Shown piece after piece: positions 60,814-64,000 of a stretch of DNA of 64,000 nt. A model generated the notes under the pieces. It saw nothing but the letters and a program-made list of their open reading frames with translations. It made no database searches and was not told the origin of the DNA. Both the position numbers and the translations under genes were made by a program. The DNA is from Kiritimatiellia bacterium (GTDB lineage Bacteria > Verrucomicrobiota > Kiritimatiellia > RFP12 > UBA1067), in the NCBI GenBank assembly GCA_024405265.1, contig JAKSOZ010000001.1:27263-91262 (forward strand). The letters are read 5' to 3'. Position 1 is the stretch's first letter; every line of letters starts with the position of its first letter.

Positions 60814-60824
60814 AGGCACAATTT

Positions 60825-61226
60825 ATGGCTAAAAAGGCAAAAATATCCAGAAATAAACAGAGGGTAGTTCCAAGAAAAGAAAAGGAAACGCTTCAAATGT
60901 GCAAAAAAGTCAGCCCGATAATGGCTTTGGGATTTGCTTTGCAAAAAAGAGACAGAATCTCTTACGATCAGTTGTTGTTGAAAAGCCAGAAATTGTTGAG
61001 TACCGATGATGGATATCTGCTTGATGTGTCTTTTCGAGAAATTGCAAAAACAGTAGAGGCGTATCCCGGGGCTTTTGAGATTGTTGTTGATAGGGAATGT
61101 TATTCTGTTATCAAAAAGCGTACAGATGTTCGAATGTTCAAGGAATCGCACTTGAAGATGTGTTATCACGAGGCCTTTTCCGAAGCGGAGTTCAAAGAAT
61201 TGGTCAGTATTCTGATCGAGGCCTGA
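60825..61226 (+). CDS. hypothetical protein
   Basis: 133 aa; stop 1 nt before HD gene ATG. Confidence 0.4.
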   Translation: MAKKAKISRNKQRVVPRKEKETLQMCKKVSPIMALGFALQKRDRISYDQLLLKSQKLLSTDDGYLLDVSFREIAKTVEAYPGAFEIVVDRECYSVIKKRTDVRMFKESHLKMCYHEAFSEAEFKELVSILIEA

Positions 61227-61227
61227 A

Positions 61228-62697
61228 ATGTCGCTAAAATATAAACTCTTCCGAGATCCTGTACACGGGGATATAGAAGTTGAACGTTGGATATGTTCTG
61301 CTTTTGTTGACTCTGATGTTTTTCAGCGATTGCGTTTCGTTGAGCAATCGTCCATGAGAATGTTGTTCCCCGGTGCTCGACATGACAGATTCATACACAG
61401 CCTCGGTACGTTTTTAATGGCTAAAAGAATCTTTGATGCTCTACAAGATTCTATACGTGTCTGCTTTGAGGAGGAGCAGGTTCATGAGTTCCGTAACACA
61501 TTCCTAATAGCAGCTCTTTTGCATGATTGTGCCCATTCGCCATTCTCTCATACCGGAGAATCGCTAGCTAAGTACTATTGCGGATCGGAGATAGATAAGC
61601 TTCTTGCAGGCGCAGTTAATGATATCTCGTTCAAGAATGAATTATCTCGATCACGAAGTGCAACACACGAAAAAGCAAGCGCATATGTTGCATGTGTTCG
61701 ATTTGAAGCCGAATTCTCAAAACATTCAATTAATCGTGTTCAGTTAGCGAGAATGATAATAGGATTGAAAAACGAGGGGGCGTTAAACGATCCTGTTATG
61801 CGCGTATATAATTGCTTGATATCTCTTGTTAATGGCTTTATTATAGATGTCGATAGGTTGGATTATTTAGAGCGTGATACGTGGGCGACAGGTATTCGTA
61901 ATGCTTCTGTTGATTTGGAGAGGTTGATCTCGGGGCTTGAAATTGATTTTGATTTGGGCGAGGTGATAATTAATAATAGCGCAACATCTAGCGTAATCAA
62001 TGCTGTTGCAGCGAGGGATTACATCTATAAATGGGTAATACCACACCATAAAGTCGCTTACGCGAACGAGGTTCTAGAGCGGGCGATGCACGCATTGATT
62101 CACGCGTTAGTTAAAAAATCTAGGAAAACACGAGGCGAGGTCGGCAAGATATTGTTTTCTCCGGATCGATTACTGCTGAATGGGCAGGCAAAACTAGCCG
62201 GTGAGACTATTAGACTTCCAACTGATGGGGATCTTGTTTATCTCATGAAGAAGTATGTGCCTAAAGATGAGTTCTTTATGGCGTATTCTGAACGTCGCGT
62301 CATTCATAAGTCGTTATGGAAGACACATGCAGAGTTTATGCATATCTTCAATCCTCCTAAGAAGGGAGAGAGATTAAATCAAGATTTCTGGGATATGTTT
62401 GCAGGTAAGGCAAATGCCATTTGCAATAAGTACGGAGGATTTGCAACTGAAGCGAATCCAGTTAAGGTGTCGATGGAGAAGGTTGCTGATGTCAAGTTTG
62501 TCCTTAAAGACAATAAGCAAAAGCTTGACCTAACATACTTATTAGGGCCTCAAAGACAGGACGAAGGCGTCTATTACCTAAATGCATATATAGGGAATTC
62601 TTATGCAGATAGTACTGACGAAGTTATGATACAGCTAAGGGGAGCCTTTGATGATTGCATCAAGTTGTTTAAGGCGTCAACTAAGACTAACCAATGA
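61228..62697 (+). CDS. HD-domain phosphohydrolase of the dGTPase/SAMHD1-like (COG1078-type) family
   Basis: DPVHG...FQRLRFVEQ...RHDRFIHSLG...LLHDCAHSPFSH motifs. Confidence 0.6.
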   Translation: MSLKYKLFRDPVHGDIEVERWICSAFVDSDVFQRLRFVEQSSMRMLFPGARHDRFIHSLGTFLMAKRIFDALQDSIRVCFEEEQVHEFRNTFLIAALLHDCAHSPFSHTGESLAKYYCGSEIDKLLAGAVNDISFKNELSRSRSATHEKASAYVACVRFEAEFSKHSINRVQLARMIIGLKNEGALNDPVMRVYNCLISLVNGFIIDVDRLDYLERDTWATGIRNASVDLERLISGLEIDFDLGEVIINNSATSSVINAVAARDYIYKWVIPHHKVAYANEVLERAMHALIHALVKKSRKTRGEVGKILFSPDRLLLNGQAKLAGETIRLPTDGDLVYLMKKYVPKDEFFMAYSERRVIHKSLWKTHAEFMHIFNPPKKGERLNQDFWDMFAGKANAICNKYGGFATEANPVKVSMEKVADVKFVLKDNKQKLDLTYLLGPQRQDEGVYYLNAYIGNSYADSTDEVMIQLRGAFDDCIKLFKASTKTNQ

Positions 62698-62785
62698 GAG
62701 GTTTCTATGAAAAAGATTGCGGTAATTTTTGGTATGCGTCAGGAGGCGATTAGGTTTTGTGAGATGAATGCTTTTAAGGCGTAAT

Positions 62786-63727
62786 ATGTTGTTCTCTATC
62801 GTCATACCTCTCTACAATAAAGCCGATACGATTGAGCGGACGCTTCGGGCTGTCGAGGCGCAGGTGTTTCGTGATTTCGAAGTGGTGGTCGTTGACGACG
62901 GGAGTGCTGACGATAGCGCGGCAGTGGTTGCGCGGACAAAAAGGACGTTCCCGCTGCGGATTATTACTCAAGCCAATGCCGGAGTCTCGGTCGCTAGGAA
63001 TCGAGGCGTGGCGGAGTCGCATGGTAAGTACATCGCTTTCCTTGACGCGGATGATGTTTGGCATAAGGAGTATTTGCAGGAGCTGGCGAAGATTATTGAG
63101 CTGAATCCCGAGTCGGAATATATCGGGTGCTCGAGCGAGATCGTTTATGCCGATTATGTGATGCGGATGAAAGAGACGGGAAAGATAGAGAAAATTTCTT
63201 TCTATGACGAGTGGCCGTTTTATAGCGCCATCCACACGTCCTCATTTGCCGTCACTAAAAAGGCATTTGATCGAGTCGGAGGATTTACGCCCGGATGCAA
63301 GTTTTACGAAGATGCGGAGCTTTACTATAAGCTTGCCAAGCATTATCCGCTGTATGTAAGTCGCCGTAATCTTGAGTATTATTATCGTGATGCGGAAGTC
63401 AAGGCGTGTAGCACTTCTTCAAAGACGTGTCTCGACTGGCCGCATTGGAAGTGGGCGGAGTCCGAATTGGCGAATGGCTCTCGGGATAAAGCGCTTAAGA
63501 GATGTATTCGCATCGAGCTTCTGCGGCAGTTGAATAATTACGCTCGTAGCGGTAACGTGGAGATGATCGGGAGGATAGTAGAGACGTATCCTAATTTAAC
63601 CACGCTATTGCCGGTTGGATTCTTCAAGAGTAAATTAACCCGAACGTTGGGGCTCCCGATTCTGTTGGCCATTGCCGCATGGTTCAGAATGAAACACAAT
63701 ATGCGAGTGAAAGTGGAGGCGAAATAA
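62786..63727 (+). CDS. glycosyltransferase family 2
   Basis: MLFSIVIPLYNKADTIERTL...VVVDDGSADDS...LDADD. Confidence 0.7.
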   Translation: MLFSIVIPLYNKADTIERTLRAVEAQVFRDFEVVVVDDGSADDSAAVVARTKRTFPLRIITQANAGVSVARNRGVAESHGKYIAFLDADDVWHKEYLQELAKIIELNPESEYIGCSSEIVYADYVMRMKETGKIEKISFYDEWPFYSAIHTSSFAVTKKAFDRVGGFTPGCKFYEDAELYYKLAKHYPLYVSRRNLEYYYRDAEVKACSTSSKTCLDWPHWKWAESELANGSRDKALKRCIRIELLRQLNNYARSGNVEMIGRIVETYPNLTTLLPVGFFKSKLTRTLGLPILLAIAAWFRMKHNMRVKVEAK

Positions 63728-63728
63728 G

Positions 63729-64000
63729 ATGCTTAAAGCTCGTAGTTCATTTTGGGATATTGTGAAGTTCGTCGCCATTGCGCTGGTTGTTTTCGGGCAT
63801 GTGCAAGGGTCGGCGGGGATAATGGTCGGACAGCCGTTTGTCGGGAACTTCATTGTCAATATGAATATGCCGCTGTTCTTCTTGATCAGCGGGTATTTCT
63901 CGTACGGGCTGGTATCGGGAGGGGATTGGAAGAAGTTCGGTTGGCGGTTGCTCGGATATTTCTGGCCGCTCATGATTACGGCGATTATCTTCAATTTCTG
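63729..64000 (+). CDS. acyltransferase family 3 membrane protein (5' part; runs off window)
   Basis: DIVKFVAIALVVFGHV...MPLFFLISGYF. Confidence 0.55.
   Translation, partial: MLKARSSFWDIVKFVAIALVVFGHVQGSAGIMVGQPFVGNFIVNMNMPLFFLISGYFSYGLVSGGDWKKFGWRLLGYFWPLMITAIIFNF

Overview
This is a bacterial chromosomal window with about 53% GC overall, and it is highly mosaic. The left edge carries housekeeping genes: a NifU-like protein, indolepyruvate:ferredoxin oxidoreductase beta subunit, phenylacetate-CoA ligase, tRNA-Val(UAC) and a bile-acid:Na+ symporter-family gene. Most of the rest looks like a variable accessory region. It mixes known and candidate anti-phage or toxin genes with two surface-polysaccharide gene blocks. 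The defence-type genes include a PLD-nuclease/P-loop NTPase, NERD, GIY-YIG(T5orf172)+DUF4268 and DUF4177 in one operon. There is also a BcgI-like nuclease-methylase fusion with a separate S subunit, a stand-alone ParA, and DUF4238, AIPR, KAP NTPase and FRG proteins. Further along are a HipA-like kinase with DUF3037, an SNF2 helicase, DUF2235 and an HD-domain dNTPase-like protein. The polysaccharide blocks contain GT2/GT4 glycosyltransferases, a Wzy-like membrane protein, a YdjC deacetylase, a pyruvyl transferase, a hexapeptide acetyltransferase and four family-3 acyltransferases. Three of those acyltransferases carry 9-11 bp poly-G tracts. Recurrent structures include a consensus extended -10 promoter (TGGTATAATAT), usually 6-8 nt from the ATG so transcripts would be leaderless. 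A 50-bp portable promoter module with the palindrome TTGCCGC-GGAA-GCGGCAA occurs in three copies. Gene ends and leaders are duplicated at cassette junctions, and three defence genes are inactivated by frameshift or nonsense changes. The most novel-looking locus is at 50.8-55.5 kb. Two tandem 30- and 33-aa Cys-containing peptides share a KLxWxV leader motif. They sit upstream of a radical-SAM/SPASM enzyme with an N-terminal RRE-like domain. That enzyme is translationally coupled to an SNF2 helicase and a small methyltransferase. No CRISPR array or rRNA gene was seen. Domain calls rest on motifs read by eye from the translations and carry no database confirmation.
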